54,081 nt of DNA from the IMG/VR virus record IMGVR_UViG_3300023179_000140, positions 1 through 54,081 of that record; one strand, given 5' to 3'. A program made the position numbers and the translations under genes. Shown one piece after another: positions 45,627 to 54,024 of this stretch. Every line of letters begins with the position of its first letter. Position 1 is the stretch's first letter. Below the pieces are notes generated by a model, which saw nothing but the letters and a program-made list of their open reading frames with translations, ran no database searches and was not told the DNA's origin. The DNA comes from a virus. Lineage: Duplodnaviria > Caudoviricetes.

Positions 45627-47036
45627 GTGAGCCGCATCCAAGTAGTCTCCCAGGTCGGCATCACCTCCATCGGCTTCGACGAGGCCAGGTTACACGTTGA
45701 CATCGACATGCGACCGACCGACTCAGAGGGTGATTGGCTTCAGCGCCGGGGCCGGTGCGGGCGGGCATACCCAGCTATCAACGGGAACCGGGACTACCAG
45801 GAAACCGGCATTGAGGCGATGCGGCGAGAGCTTGCGGCAAAGCGAAACCCGGTCTATGTGCTCGGGTGTGGCGGCGGCAAGAGCTATATGGCTGGGATGG
45901 TTGCGGCGGCGGCCGGAGCGAAAGGACGCAGCGTCGGGCTGCTTACCGTGCGGCGGGTTTTGGTGGACGACATCAGCAATCGGTTTTCGGCAATGGGCGT
46001 CCAGCATGGTGTCATTATGGCTGGCCGACAGGACAACGAGCACCGCTCGAAGGTCGCCAGCGCCCACACGGTCGCAGCACGCAATCTGACGCTAAACGTT
46101 GACGTATTGTTCGTAGACGAGGGGCATCAATACGTTGCCGGTGAATTCCGCGCCATTCTTGATCGGCACGCCAATATTCCCCGTGTCATCCTCACGGCGA
46201 CTCCGATCCGGGCAGACGGGCTGGGGCTTGGTCGTATCGCCGACTCGATCATCCTGGGGCCGACGACGCAGGAGTTGATCAACCGTGGCTTCCTTGTGCC
46301 TACACGAATCTTTTGCCGCCACGCTCCCGACGTGTCGCAGCTACGGCGCAACAGTTCGGGAGAGTTCAATGAACGTGAGAACGAAGAGGTGATGGGCCGG
46401 TCTGAAATCGTCGGCGATTGCGTGAAGGAGTGGTTGTACCGGGCTAGGAATTTGCCGACCATCGTTCACGCCGTGTCCATTAAGCACTCTCTGGCCATCG
46501 TCAAGCGCTTCCAGGGCGCTGGTGTCAATGCGGTTCACGTGGACGCTGATACGCCGGACGATGAGCGCAAGCGAGTCTTCGACGATATGTGCCGCGATGC
46601 GCCACCGAAGAAGCACAGCCTGTTGATTGACTTGGCCGGCAACAGTTTACGATTTGGATTTCCGGAAGATCATCGCGAATGGTCGCTTGACGACTGGGAC
46701 CCAACGGAGCCCAAGCCTGCGGCCCTCGCCATTCGCCGCTGCGAGCAGTGCTGGTGCGTCTTTCGCACAACGAAGCCGGAATGTCCACAATGCGGCGATC
46801 CGTATGTCCCGACGCAACGGGAGATCAAAGAGCGAAAAGCGGAACTTGTCGAGCGGCAGCGAGAGGCGAAAGACGCCGCCGTTGAACGCTGGCGCAAGTC
46901 GCAAGGCGACGACGAGCGGCGGGCGCGGTACATGGCGCTGGTTGAAAAGGCGAGGACGATGGGATACAAACCGAACTGGGCGGCTGTTATGCTGAACAAG
47001 ACAACCGGCCATTGGCCAAAGAAAGAGTGGAAATGA
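45627..47036 (+). CDS. SF2 DEAD/DEAH-like helicase with permuted motif order and a C-terminal Zn ribbon
   Basis: RDYQ, GGGKS, DEGH, TATP; QRRGRCGR (motif VI) at the N-terminus; CEQC…CPQC. Confidence 0.88.
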   Translation: MSRIQVVSQVGITSIGFDEARLHVDIDMRPTDSEGDWLQRRGRCGRAYPAINGNRDYQETGIEAMRRELAAKRNPVYVLGCGGGKSYMAGMVAAAAGAKGRSVGLLTVRRVLVDDISNRFSAMGVQHGVIMAGRQDNEHRSKVASAHTVAARNLTLNVDVLFVDEGHQYVAGEFRAILDRHANIPRVILTATPIRADGLGLGRIADSIILGPTTQELINRGFLVPTRIFCRHAPDVSQLRRNSSGEFNERENEEVMGRSEIVGDCVKEWLYRARNLPTIVHAVSIKHSLAIVKRFQGAGVNAVHVDADTPDDERKRVFDDMCRDAPPKKHSLLIDLAGNSLRFGFPEDHREWSLDDWDPTEPKPAALAIRRCEQCWCVFRTTKPECPQCGDPYVPTQREIKERKAELVERQREAKDAAVERWRKSQGDDERRARYMALVEKARTMGYKPNWAAVMLNKTTGHWPKKEWK

Positions 47037-47389
47037 GCGCAAGCACCGACCTTACCAACCGGCTGATGTTGGCGATCCAAGAGTCAGTTCCTGGATGCCG
47101 TATCTGGCGGCAGAATACTGGAGTTGCGTACCCGATATCCATGGTTGACGGCGGCCGGCTCAAGCCAAACGCGAGGCCGGTGAAGTATGGAGTACCGGGC
47201 GTGCCGGATATTATCGGCGTGCTGCCGGATGGCCGGTGGCTGGGGGTCGAGGTCAAGGTTGGCCGGGATAAGCAGAGCGAGCAGCAGCTCAACTTTCAGT
47301 CAATGCTAGAGCAGCGAGGTGGCGTCTATGTCGTCGCCCGTGACCTCGACACCGCCGTGGCTGAGGTTAAGCGGCGGGTGTGCAAGTAA
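47033..47389 (+). CDS. VRR-NUC (PD-(D/E)xK) nuclease
   Basis: RQNTG…GVPDIIG…GVEVK…QSEQQLNF…GGVYVVAR. Confidence 0.85.
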   Translation: MSASTDLTNRLMLAIQESVPGCRIWRQNTGVAYPISMVDGGRLKPNARPVKYGVPGVPDIIGVLPDGRWLGVEVKVGRDKQSEQQLNFQSMLEQRGGVYVVARDLDTAVAEVKRRVCK

Positions 47390-47549
47390 GGCTAGGCGGT
47401 ATTGCTTACGGTGACTCCCGAGCTACGCTCGCACCGCCCAGCCTTTTAGTCACGTCCGTCCCGTACGCGGCGGGCCGCTCGAAAAGGCACTCATGTCCGC
47501 CCTAAAGCAGCCACGTCCGTGCGGGTGCCTACCGCAGAACTACAGCGTA

Positions 47550-47948
47550 TCACGAAGCGGCCTTAGTGCTCCCCTCAATCTTCCCCGCCGCTTTTAGCAG
47601 GTCGTAATGTAGTTGGATCATGCCCCGCACGTAGGGCTCGATGGCTTCCTCGGGCAAGTCGATGCCAAAGGCCTGTTCGACCTCGATAATAAGCGACGGG
47701 AAGGCAACGCGCAGTGAGGATAGCGCCGCCTCGAATTGTTCCGCGCCAGTGCCGCCCTTGAGCCGAGCCGCTCCGATGGCGTTGAGGATGCTGCCGATCA
47801 TAGGTACTACCGGCTTGCCGGGCAGAACGGCCGACGCCACGCCGACCGCCAGCGGGCCGTAGTTGACGAATGCGTTGAGAATGTTCTTGAGAAGGCCTTT
47901 GAACTTCATGCTCTTAAGGTAGCGCACCACCACATCTTGCGGTTGCAT
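47550..47948 (-). CDS. hypothetical amphipathic or membrane-associated protein
   Basis: Lone minus-strand gene in the replication block; hydrophobic N-terminal helices. Confidence 0.6.
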   Translation of the reverse strand: MQPQDVVVRYLKSMKFKGLLKNILNAFVNYGPLAVGVASAVLPGKPVVPMIGSILNAIGAARLKGGTGAEQFEAALSSLRVAFPSLIIEVEQAFGIDLPEEAIEPYVRGMIQLHYDLLKAAGKIEGSTKAAS

Positions 47949-47989
47949 GGAGCGAGGATTGGGGTGTAGGATGGGGGTCTACTTAATTT

Positions 47990-48514
47990 ATGTCGCAAAA
48001 GCGCCCAGTTGGAAGACCAAAGATCATCACACCTTGCCCGCTGTGCAAGAAAAGAATGGGCCGGGCGTTGCTCCGGGTTCATATCGCCAGATGCGGAAAT
48101 AACCGGGAGATGATCTCGGCGAAGGACGAGTGTTTAATGCTTCTTGAAAAGGCATTCTCCATGGAACCGCGCCTGTGCTACGAGGGGATTGGCGTCGATG
48201 ATGGAACCGGCAACCGGGCCTTTCGAGGCCGGAAGTTTATAGAAAGCCAAGACCGGCTGGAGAGCGAGTTCGAGCAGTTGATCGCCTGCGAAGAATGGCT
48301 TGTCCCGCAGCACCGCAAGAGAGCAATCAACAAAAAATTCAGCTCATATAAGCTGAAGCACATCGTTGAGCACACAAAAAACAAACACGTCTCAAATGGC
48401 GCTCTGTGTGCGATGGCAATTGGCCTGGAGTTCAAATACGAGGTAGACGGGCCGAATATCTACATCAACATCTCCAACGATTTGTACGATTACGACGGCA
48501 CGCCGACGGCCTGA
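47990..48514 (+). CDS. C2HC Zn finger fused to a primase-adjacent 'SSYKLKH…VSNG' domain
   Basis: GRPK…CPLC…HIARC; SSYKLKHIVE…HVSNGAL. Confidence 0.65.
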   Translation: MSQKRPVGRPKIITPCPLCKKRMGRALLRVHIARCGNNREMISAKDECLMLLEKAFSMEPRLCYEGIGVDDGTGNRAFRGRKFIESQDRLESEFEQLIACEEWLVPQHRKRAINKKFSSYKLKHIVEHTKNKHVSNGALCAMAIGLEFKYEVDGPNIYINISNDLYDYDGTPTA

Positions 48515-48516
48515 CT

Positions 48517-50655
48517 ATGACACCACAGAAATTTATACCAGCATCAATCCCGCATGATCTCGCGGATCTTGATCAATGGGTAGTTTGGGGTAATGACCCA
48601 GACTCTGGTAAAGCAAAATGCCCATTCAACGCCGAAAAAGGCTACAAAGCATCATCGACCGACCCAAGCACTTGGACAGATTGCCAAACAGCGCTGGATG
48701 CGGCCAAATCATCCGACCTATACCTTGGAGTTGGAGTGGTTTTGTATGCGCAGGACCCATTCTGCGGCATTGACTTGGATGACTGTCTTGATAGCAAGCA
48801 GCAGCCAAAGCCATGGGCCGTTGAGATTTTCCGTCGCTTCGGAGAAACCTACGCTGAGATAAGCCCATCTGGGACCGGCGTTAAGTTCTGGTGTAGAGCG
48901 TCTATACCATCGTCACGAGTATTCAGGTATGGCGACGGGCAGATTGAAATATACTCCCAGTCCAGGTACTTCACTGTCACCGGGAACCGCTGGAGGACAT
49001 CCACGTCTGAAATCCTCGACTGCCAAGCAACTGTAGATTGGCTTCAAACACTTGACCCAAAGAAGAAGAGTGGGCCTTTCCGGCTTCCAGGCCAGATAAT
49101 AAAAGGCTCGCAACACAAGACCCTTATCTCTTATGCCGCGTCTCTTTGGGCAAAAAACTTAGATCAAGATGAAGTCAGACAGCTAACTATTTCCGCATCG
49201 AAAAGATGCCAAGAGGTCCCACCAGAGCAGCACGCGATCAATATTGCGAACTGGATTATCGCAAACCGTCGTCGCGGGTATTCGGAAGAGGTAGAAGCTA
49301 AGCTAAATGGCAAATCGCCAAAGGACTATACGTTTGCTGGTGAAGAAGATGGCCACCCTTCGCCGCCGGAACTAGCCGAAGAACCAGACGAAACCCCGTT
49401 AGATTTCGTTCCATGGCCGGAGCCGCTGTCAGAATCCGCCTTCCATGGGCCACTTGGTGATCTATGTAAAATTATTGAACCAGAGACAGAAGCCGACATT
49501 GCGGCGGTACTTTTTCAAGCAATCGTGATGATCGGGAACGTCTTTGGCCGTGGTGTTCACTTCATGGCCGAGGGGACGCCTCACTTCTGCAACGAATTTG
49601 TCGGAATCGTCGGAGCCACCGCGAAGGGCCGCAAGGGTTCCAGTTTCGGACAGGTAAAGTCGGTCATCAATTCCATCGCCCCTGAGTGGGCCAGCAAGCG
49701 CACGAAGTCCGGCCTCACGTCCGGAGAGGGCCTGATCTTCCACGTCCGCGACGAGATCCGGGAGATCAAGCAGCAAAAAGGCCAGATGGTTGAGGTTGTC
49801 ACGGACGCCGGCGAGTCCGATAAGCGCATGCTGGTCGTAGAAGAAGAACTGTCAAGCGCCATTAAAGCCATGTCGCGCGAGGGGAACACGCTTTCCGGCG
49901 TACTCCGTCAGGCCTGGGACAGCCCGATGGTGCTGGCCCCGATGACCAAGAACAACCGGATTACCGCCAGCCACCCCCACGTCAGCATTATCGGGCACAT
50001 CACGCGGGATGAACTGCTGAAGAACCTGAAGGCCGTCGAGAACACCAACGGTAATACCAACCGGTTCCTGTGGTGCTGCGCAAAACGCGCCAGGCTCCTG
50101 CCTTTCGGCGGGAATCCTAACAGAGCGGCTCTGGCCGAGGTCGCGCAACGCATTGATTTTGCAGTCGGTTGGGCGCAAACCGTGAAACAGGAGATCACCT
50201 TCGACGCCGAGGCGTCGGAAATGTGGGAGATCGTCTACGAAGAGCTTGGCAATATCCCAGGCGGCACGGTTGGGGCCATTTTATCCCGCGCCGAGCCTCA
50301 TGTCCGCCGGATTGCCATGATTTACGCCGCTCTCGACCGCAGCGCGATGATAAAGCCGGAGCACTTGGAGGCAGCGCTGGAGATTTGGCGCTATTCGGCT
50401 GCCTCTGTCCAGTGGATTTTCGGCGGAACCGACTCCGGGGAGTCCGTTCAGAGCAAAACGGCCGATAAAATCGCGAAATTCATCGATTCCAAGCCGGAAG
50501 GGTGCTGCCGACGAGATATCGCGCAGTACATGGGCGGCAAAACAAAGGCCGCTGAAATCGAGTATCACCTATCCCAGATGCTGAGCAACGGAAAGATCAT
50601 CTGCAAGCCAGAAAACAGGGCCAGGAAAACCGTGGATTACTACTACCGAGCCTGA
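48517..50655 (+). CDS. primase-polymerase (AEP) fused to a DUF3987-like ATPase/helicase domain
   Basis: QWVVW, ASSTDPSTW, GIDLDDC, EISPSGTG, EIYSQSRYFTVTG; C-terminal GATAKGRKGS, SGEGL, EELS, LRQAWD, NRFL. Confidence 0.88.
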   Translation: MTPQKFIPASIPHDLADLDQWVVWGNDPDSGKAKCPFNAEKGYKASSTDPSTWTDCQTALDAAKSSDLYLGVGVVLYAQDPFCGIDLDDCLDSKQQPKPWAVEIFRRFGETYAEISPSGTGVKFWCRASIPSSRVFRYGDGQIEIYSQSRYFTVTGNRWRTSTSEILDCQATVDWLQTLDPKKKSGPFRLPGQIIKGSQHKTLISYAASLWAKNLDQDEVRQLTISASKRCQEVPPEQHAINIANWIIANRRRGYSEEVEAKLNGKSPKDYTFAGEEDGHPSPPELAEEPDETPLDFVPWPEPLSESAFHGPLGDLCKIIEPETEADIAAVLFQAIVMIGNVFGRGVHFMAEGTPHFCNEFVGIVGATAKGRKGSSFGQVKSVINSIAPEWASKRTKSGLTSGEGLIFHVRDEIREIKQQKGQMVEVVTDAGESDKRMLVVEEELSSAIKAMSREGNTLSGVLRQAWDSPMVLAPMTKNNRITASHPHVSIIGHITRDELLKNLKAVENTNGNTNRFLWCCAKRARLLPFGGNPNRAALAEVAQRIDFAVGWAQTVKQEITFDAEASEMWEIVYEELGNIPGGTVGAILSRAEPHVRRIAMIYAALDRSAMIKPEHLEAALEIWRYSAASVQWIFGGTDSGESVQSKTADKIAKFIDSKPEGCCRRDIAQYMGGKTKAAEIEYHLSQMLSNGKIICKPENRARKTVDYYYRA

Positions 50656-50664
50656 TTTGGACGA

Positions 50665-50861
50665 GTTGTTGGTTGTTGTTGGTTGTTGAATTGTTGGTCG
50701 GCCTAATGGGTACCTATTGAGTGGCTTACACTCACATCCTTTTGTTTTCATATACTTAACTATTTTATGTGTGATATATACATACCAACAATAAAAGCAT
50801 CAAATAGCAGAATATACCCCCCCCCACAACCAACAACCAACAAACCAACAATCCCAACAAT
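50665..50861. repeat. facing TTGTTGG / CCAACAA repeat arrays around an AT-rich core; candidate replication origin
   Basis: GTTGTTGGTTGTTGTTGGTTGTTG…TTGTTGG on the left; CAACCAACAACCAACAAACCAACAATCCCAACAAT on the right; directly after the primase gene. Confidence 0.65.
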
Positions 50862-51226
50862 AGAAGCAGCGCCGATGCACCTCAAAGCGCCCTGCCCTGC
50901 AATCGCAACCACCGACCCACCTCAACCTACCACCCACCTCTCTCCGAACGCAGGACGGCCTGGTTGCGCTTAAATGGCACCCAACCTCCTCGAAGGGGAC
51001 CCTGGGTGAAAATAGGGTGGGGGTGTTTGGAAGGGGGATAGGGATCAAGCGGGATAGCCCAGTTGCAGTGCGGATGGGACCAGTGCCGGCGCGACCATGG
51101 CCGGGGGTGTACCGCATCGCGACCGTCACTTTCAACCCGCCGCGACGCCACGCCAATGGTCCCAGCCGAGCCAATGCAACTACACAATCCTGTCAGATTG
51201 TATAGTTCGAAATATGTGAGTGTCCT

Positions 51227-51730
51227 TCACTCACTCTTCGCGTCTATAGTTTGCGTAACTACCTTGTTTTCAATAGTTTCACCCTTAGCGAGTGCGTGTA
51301 TCACTATAGATTGTGCGAGCATCTTTGTCGCGGCCGCCTGGTCGCCCCCGTCAGGTGCCCATTGGCCAAGCTCCTTTGCTGCTTGACCTAGGATATTGAC
51401 GGCTTGCGCGACCATTTTTCCGTCCAGCTTGCCCTTATCCTGTGATTCAATTTCGTCCCGGACTCTCTTATATAGATAGTCCAGTTCCCTCACTCGCCGA
51501 AGCTTGGTCGCGATCGCTACCTGTGCGAACTCACTCAGTGGTCCGCCTTGCGCATCGAGGACTTGTCGCGTGATGTCCCTGTTGGCGTGTCCGGCCGTCC
51601 TATGATGAGCAACACTGGCGACTGTAACGCCAAATTCCTCAGCTATGGCGTGATTGCCCACCCCCTCCATGATCCGAATATTGATCGCATCCGCCTTTTT
51701 ATCCTTGCAAACCACGCATGATCGCGCCAT
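51227..51730 (-). CDS. terminase small subunit-like HTH protein
   Basis: MARSCVVC…IN…G…AIAEEFGVT..SV.HH…H then helical body; AAGGG RBS. Confidence 0.55.
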   Translation of the reverse strand: MARSCVVCKDKKADAINIRIMEGVGNHAIAEEFGVTVASVAHHRTAGHANRDITRQVLDAQGGPLSEFAQVAIATKLRRVRELDYLYKRVRDEIESQDKGKLDGKMVAQAVNILGQAAKELGQWAPDGGDQAAATKMLAQSIVIHALAKGETIENKVVTQTIDAKSE

Positions 51731-51766
51731 CCCTTAACTATAACCTGCATCATACATGCATAATAT

Positions 51767-51846
51767 TGTCTAAATTTTATACACTGTCTAAATTTTGTAC
51801 ACCGAAGCCTCAACTTTACACCATAAAGTGTCTAAATTTTATACAC
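51767..51846. repeat. three 18-bp near-palindromic direct repeats TGTCTAAATTTT(A/G)TACAC
   Basis: Copies at 51767-51784, 51785-51802 and 51829-51846 in a divergent intergenic region. Confidence 0.85.
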
Positions 51847-52023
51847 TCTCGCCTTAACCATAGTTAACCTCGCATTTTTTTTCGCTCCTCGCTAACATTA
51901 CCCTTGCATTGCTCAAACACTACTGCTAATCTGGGTTTGTCAGGCAGAGGTTGACGGAAAAGAGAGACACAATGGCGCGCTACCCTCGAAAGCGCGCCTG
52001 ATGAGATGAGGGAGAGAGAGATC

Positions 52024-52224
52024 ATGAGAGACCCGATTAGAACCGTTATTTTTCGCCCATATCGTAAAGGCATGGGGCCAGTGTTTACCCTTCGGATGTT
52101 CGACACTGGAGGGTATATAGGCGGTAAGTATCGCGTAGCCTATACCCTGAGGAGCGAAGGGAAAACGAGGTTGGCCAGTATGCCTCGTATCGGCAAAAAG
52201 TTGAAGAGGCACACGCCGCTGTAG
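52024..52224 (+). CDS. hypothetical early protein
   Basis: GAGGGAG upstream of the ATG. Confidence 0.55.
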   Translation: MRDPIRTVIFRPYRKGMGPVFTLRMFDTGGYIGGKYRVAYTLRSEGKTRLASMPRIGKKLKRHTPL

Positions 52225-52239
52225 GGATGACGTACTAAC

Positions 52240-52377
52240 ATGCCACACTCCACCTATCACGGCATCACCATCTACCGCAACACAGACCCCGGCTATCGCC
52301 TGCGATGGTACGCCATCGGTGTTGGCGCGGCCGATACGCTGGCGGGACTCAAGCAACTCATTAGGGAAGGGAGATAA
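52240..52377 (+). CDS. 45-aa hypothetical peptide (MPHSTYHGITIYRNTDPGYRLRW…ADTLAGLKQLIREGR)
   Basis: Not in the ORF track; fills the gap between neighbours; phage-like ADTLAG motif. Confidence 0.55.
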   Translation: MPHSTYHGITIYRNTDPGYRLRWYAIGVGAADTLAGLKQLIREGR

Positions 52378-52381
52378 GGCG

Positions 52382-52591
52382 ATGACATTTTTATATGCCC
52401 GTCACGAGTCCTATAGACTCGGATGCGATCACACGGTTATCGCCAAAGACTTGAAAACAGTTCGAGGTATCCAAAACCGCATCATTCGCGGCCACGCGCC
52501 GGCCGGAAAGTGGTTTATCTACCGCGTTCATGAGAATGACTGGTACAAAGGAACTGGCCATTTTCTTGTGGGTAAAGTCAACAAGCGCTAG
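52382..52591 (+). CDS. hypothetical early protein
   Basis: GGGAG RBS. Confidence 0.6.
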   Translation: MTFLYARHESYRLGCDHTVIAKDLKTVRGIQNRIIRGHAPAGKWFIYRVHENDWYKGTGHFLVGKVNKR

Positions 52592-52675
52592 TCCGCGTTC
52601 CTGCGCCATTTTTGCGAGTGGCGCAGGGGGCAAGACTAGCTCAAATGCCCGCATAGCGGGCGGAAAGAAGGACAT

Positions 52676-53320
52676 ATGGAAACGACTATCATTTTCAACG
52701 CGCTGGAGACGTGGATCAACCGGAGGCCAGGTCTGGAGTATGCCAATTACGGCAACCAGACGGCCTACCGCTCCGAGCTTCGCTCCATCGCTAAGGATCG
52801 CCGCGAAGCACTGGCAGCACTGGCGGAGGCCCGGTCATTGACACCGCGCCATGAGTTGCTGCTTGCCTCATTCCCGGCGGCATTTAGCGGCCGTCTGGAG
52901 TGGGATGGCGCAAAATTGGACTATTGCACCGGGCAATATTTCCCCACCGAATACCGGAAGGCAGCGGCGGCCGTGTTGCGCCGATACATCCATCAGTGCA
53001 AAGTGACGGAGGCGGCGGAACGGCCGCGAACGTACATCTACAACTCAATGGCCGACGTTCGCCGCGCTAATGAGGAGTCTGGCGGGTGCTGGTTTGACAA
53101 GTCATCCATGCGGTTTTTCAAGTCGCGCATCGAAACGGGTATTGTCCGGTCCGGGGATTGCGCCCGATTCATCAGCTCCGAGCAAGGCCCGCACGGTCGT
53201 CGCGCCTATACCATCCGGGAGGCGCAACCGGACGGCGGCATCGACACGGTGGGAAAGTTCCAGGGGTATGCTACACTGCGGGCGGCAAAGGCCGCTATTT
53301 TGGGGGAGGTGGAAAAGTGA
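52676..53320 (+). CDS. two-domain hypothetical early protein
   Basis: AAGGA RBS; domain 1 ending GQYFPTEYRKA; domain 2 with WFDKSSMRFFKSRI. Confidence 0.7.
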   Translation: METTIIFNALETWINRRPGLEYANYGNQTAYRSELRSIAKDRREALAALAEARSLTPRHELLLASFPAAFSGRLEWDGAKLDYCTGQYFPTEYRKAAAAVLRRYIHQCKVTEAAERPRTYIYNSMADVRRANEESGGCWFDKSSMRFFKSRIETGIVRSGDCARFISSEQGPHGRRAYTIREAQPDGGIDTVGKFQGYATLRAAKAAILGEVEK

Positions 53321-53622
53321 CCAACGGCGAAGTATTCTTATCTGCCTATCCACGGGCAATGACTGCGGACTATGTGTTTATGGTGGAAAAGGAGGCTAAC
53401 CACGAGATGGAGCGCCGCAAGATCCGGCGAACAATGGGAAACATTAAGGAGGCGCGGGAAACAGCCGAGAAGCGAATCCAAGCGTGGGCGGATGAGTCGG
53501 AAGAATATAACATCGAGCGCCTATCTACTTTCGTCGCCTCTCATCGTCCGGCGTGTGTTTGGGCGGTATTGATTGGCCGTGAGGCCAAGGAATCGGCCAC
53601 CAACCGGAGGGCCGCGCAATGA
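53317..53622 (+). CDS. hypothetical protein
   Basis: GTG start overlapping the upstream stop; GGAGGT RBS. Confidence 0.55.
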   Translation: MTNGEVFLSAYPRAMTADYVFMVEKEANHEMERRKIRRTMGNIKEARETAEKRIQAWADESEEYNIERLSTFVASHRPACVWAVLIGREAKESATNRRAAQ

Positions 53623-53690
53623 CCGCCTTCTACTGCCTACTTTGGCTAGTGGCGGTAATGGCGCTTGTGCGGGCATGGAAGGAGCGTTAG
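53619..53690 (+). CDS. 23-aa single-TM peptide (MTAFYCLLWLVAVMALVRAWKER)
   Basis: GGAGG RBS; ATGA coupling. Confidence 0.45.
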   Translation: MTAFYCLLWLVAVMALVRAWKER

Positions 53691-53761
53691 ACCACGGTGC
53701 GGCGCTACTCTAACAGGTAGCTCCGCGCGGCTGGTACTAAGCCGAACTCGAAAGGGAAAAC

Positions 53762-54022
53762 ATGAAAAAGATTGTAACCGTAACAGAGGTTGAAGGCGAA
53801 GGCCTTGTAGGCCTCTTGGGCAAGCGCGTGCTGCTACTATGCGCCAATTATTTCTACTCCGGCGTACTCGCCGGGGTCAATACATCAGACGTACTACTAG
53901 AGGACGCCGGAATCGTTTACGAAACCGGCCCGCTAAACGCGGCGAAGTTTCAAGATGAACAGAAATTCGCCGGCCCGTTGTATGTTCGAGTGGCGTCGAT
54001 TGAGTCCTACCGGGAGGTGTAA
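53762..54022 (+). CDS. Sm/LSm-fold-like small protein
   Basis: LLGKRVLL…YSGVLAGVN…VLLEDA resembles the Sm1 motif. Confidence 0.6.
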   Translation: MKKIVTVTEVEGEGLVGLLGKRVLLLCANYFYSGVLAGVNTSDVLLEDAGIVYETGPLNAAKFQDEQKFAGPLYVRVASIESYREV

Positions 54023-54024
54023 CC

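Noticed and set aside
51767-51846. Possible mini-CRISPR array
   Set aside because: Repeats are 18 bp, two abut with no spacer, and no cas genes are present; an operator array fits better
51951-51986. Sigma70 promoter at TTGACG
   Set aside because: No acceptable -10 hexamer at 16-18 nt spacing
51974-52030. Canonical hammerhead ribozyme
   Set aside because: GAAA lies upstream of CUGAUGA with only 6 nt between; no valid stem III or UH cleavage site; kept only as a pseudoknot candidate
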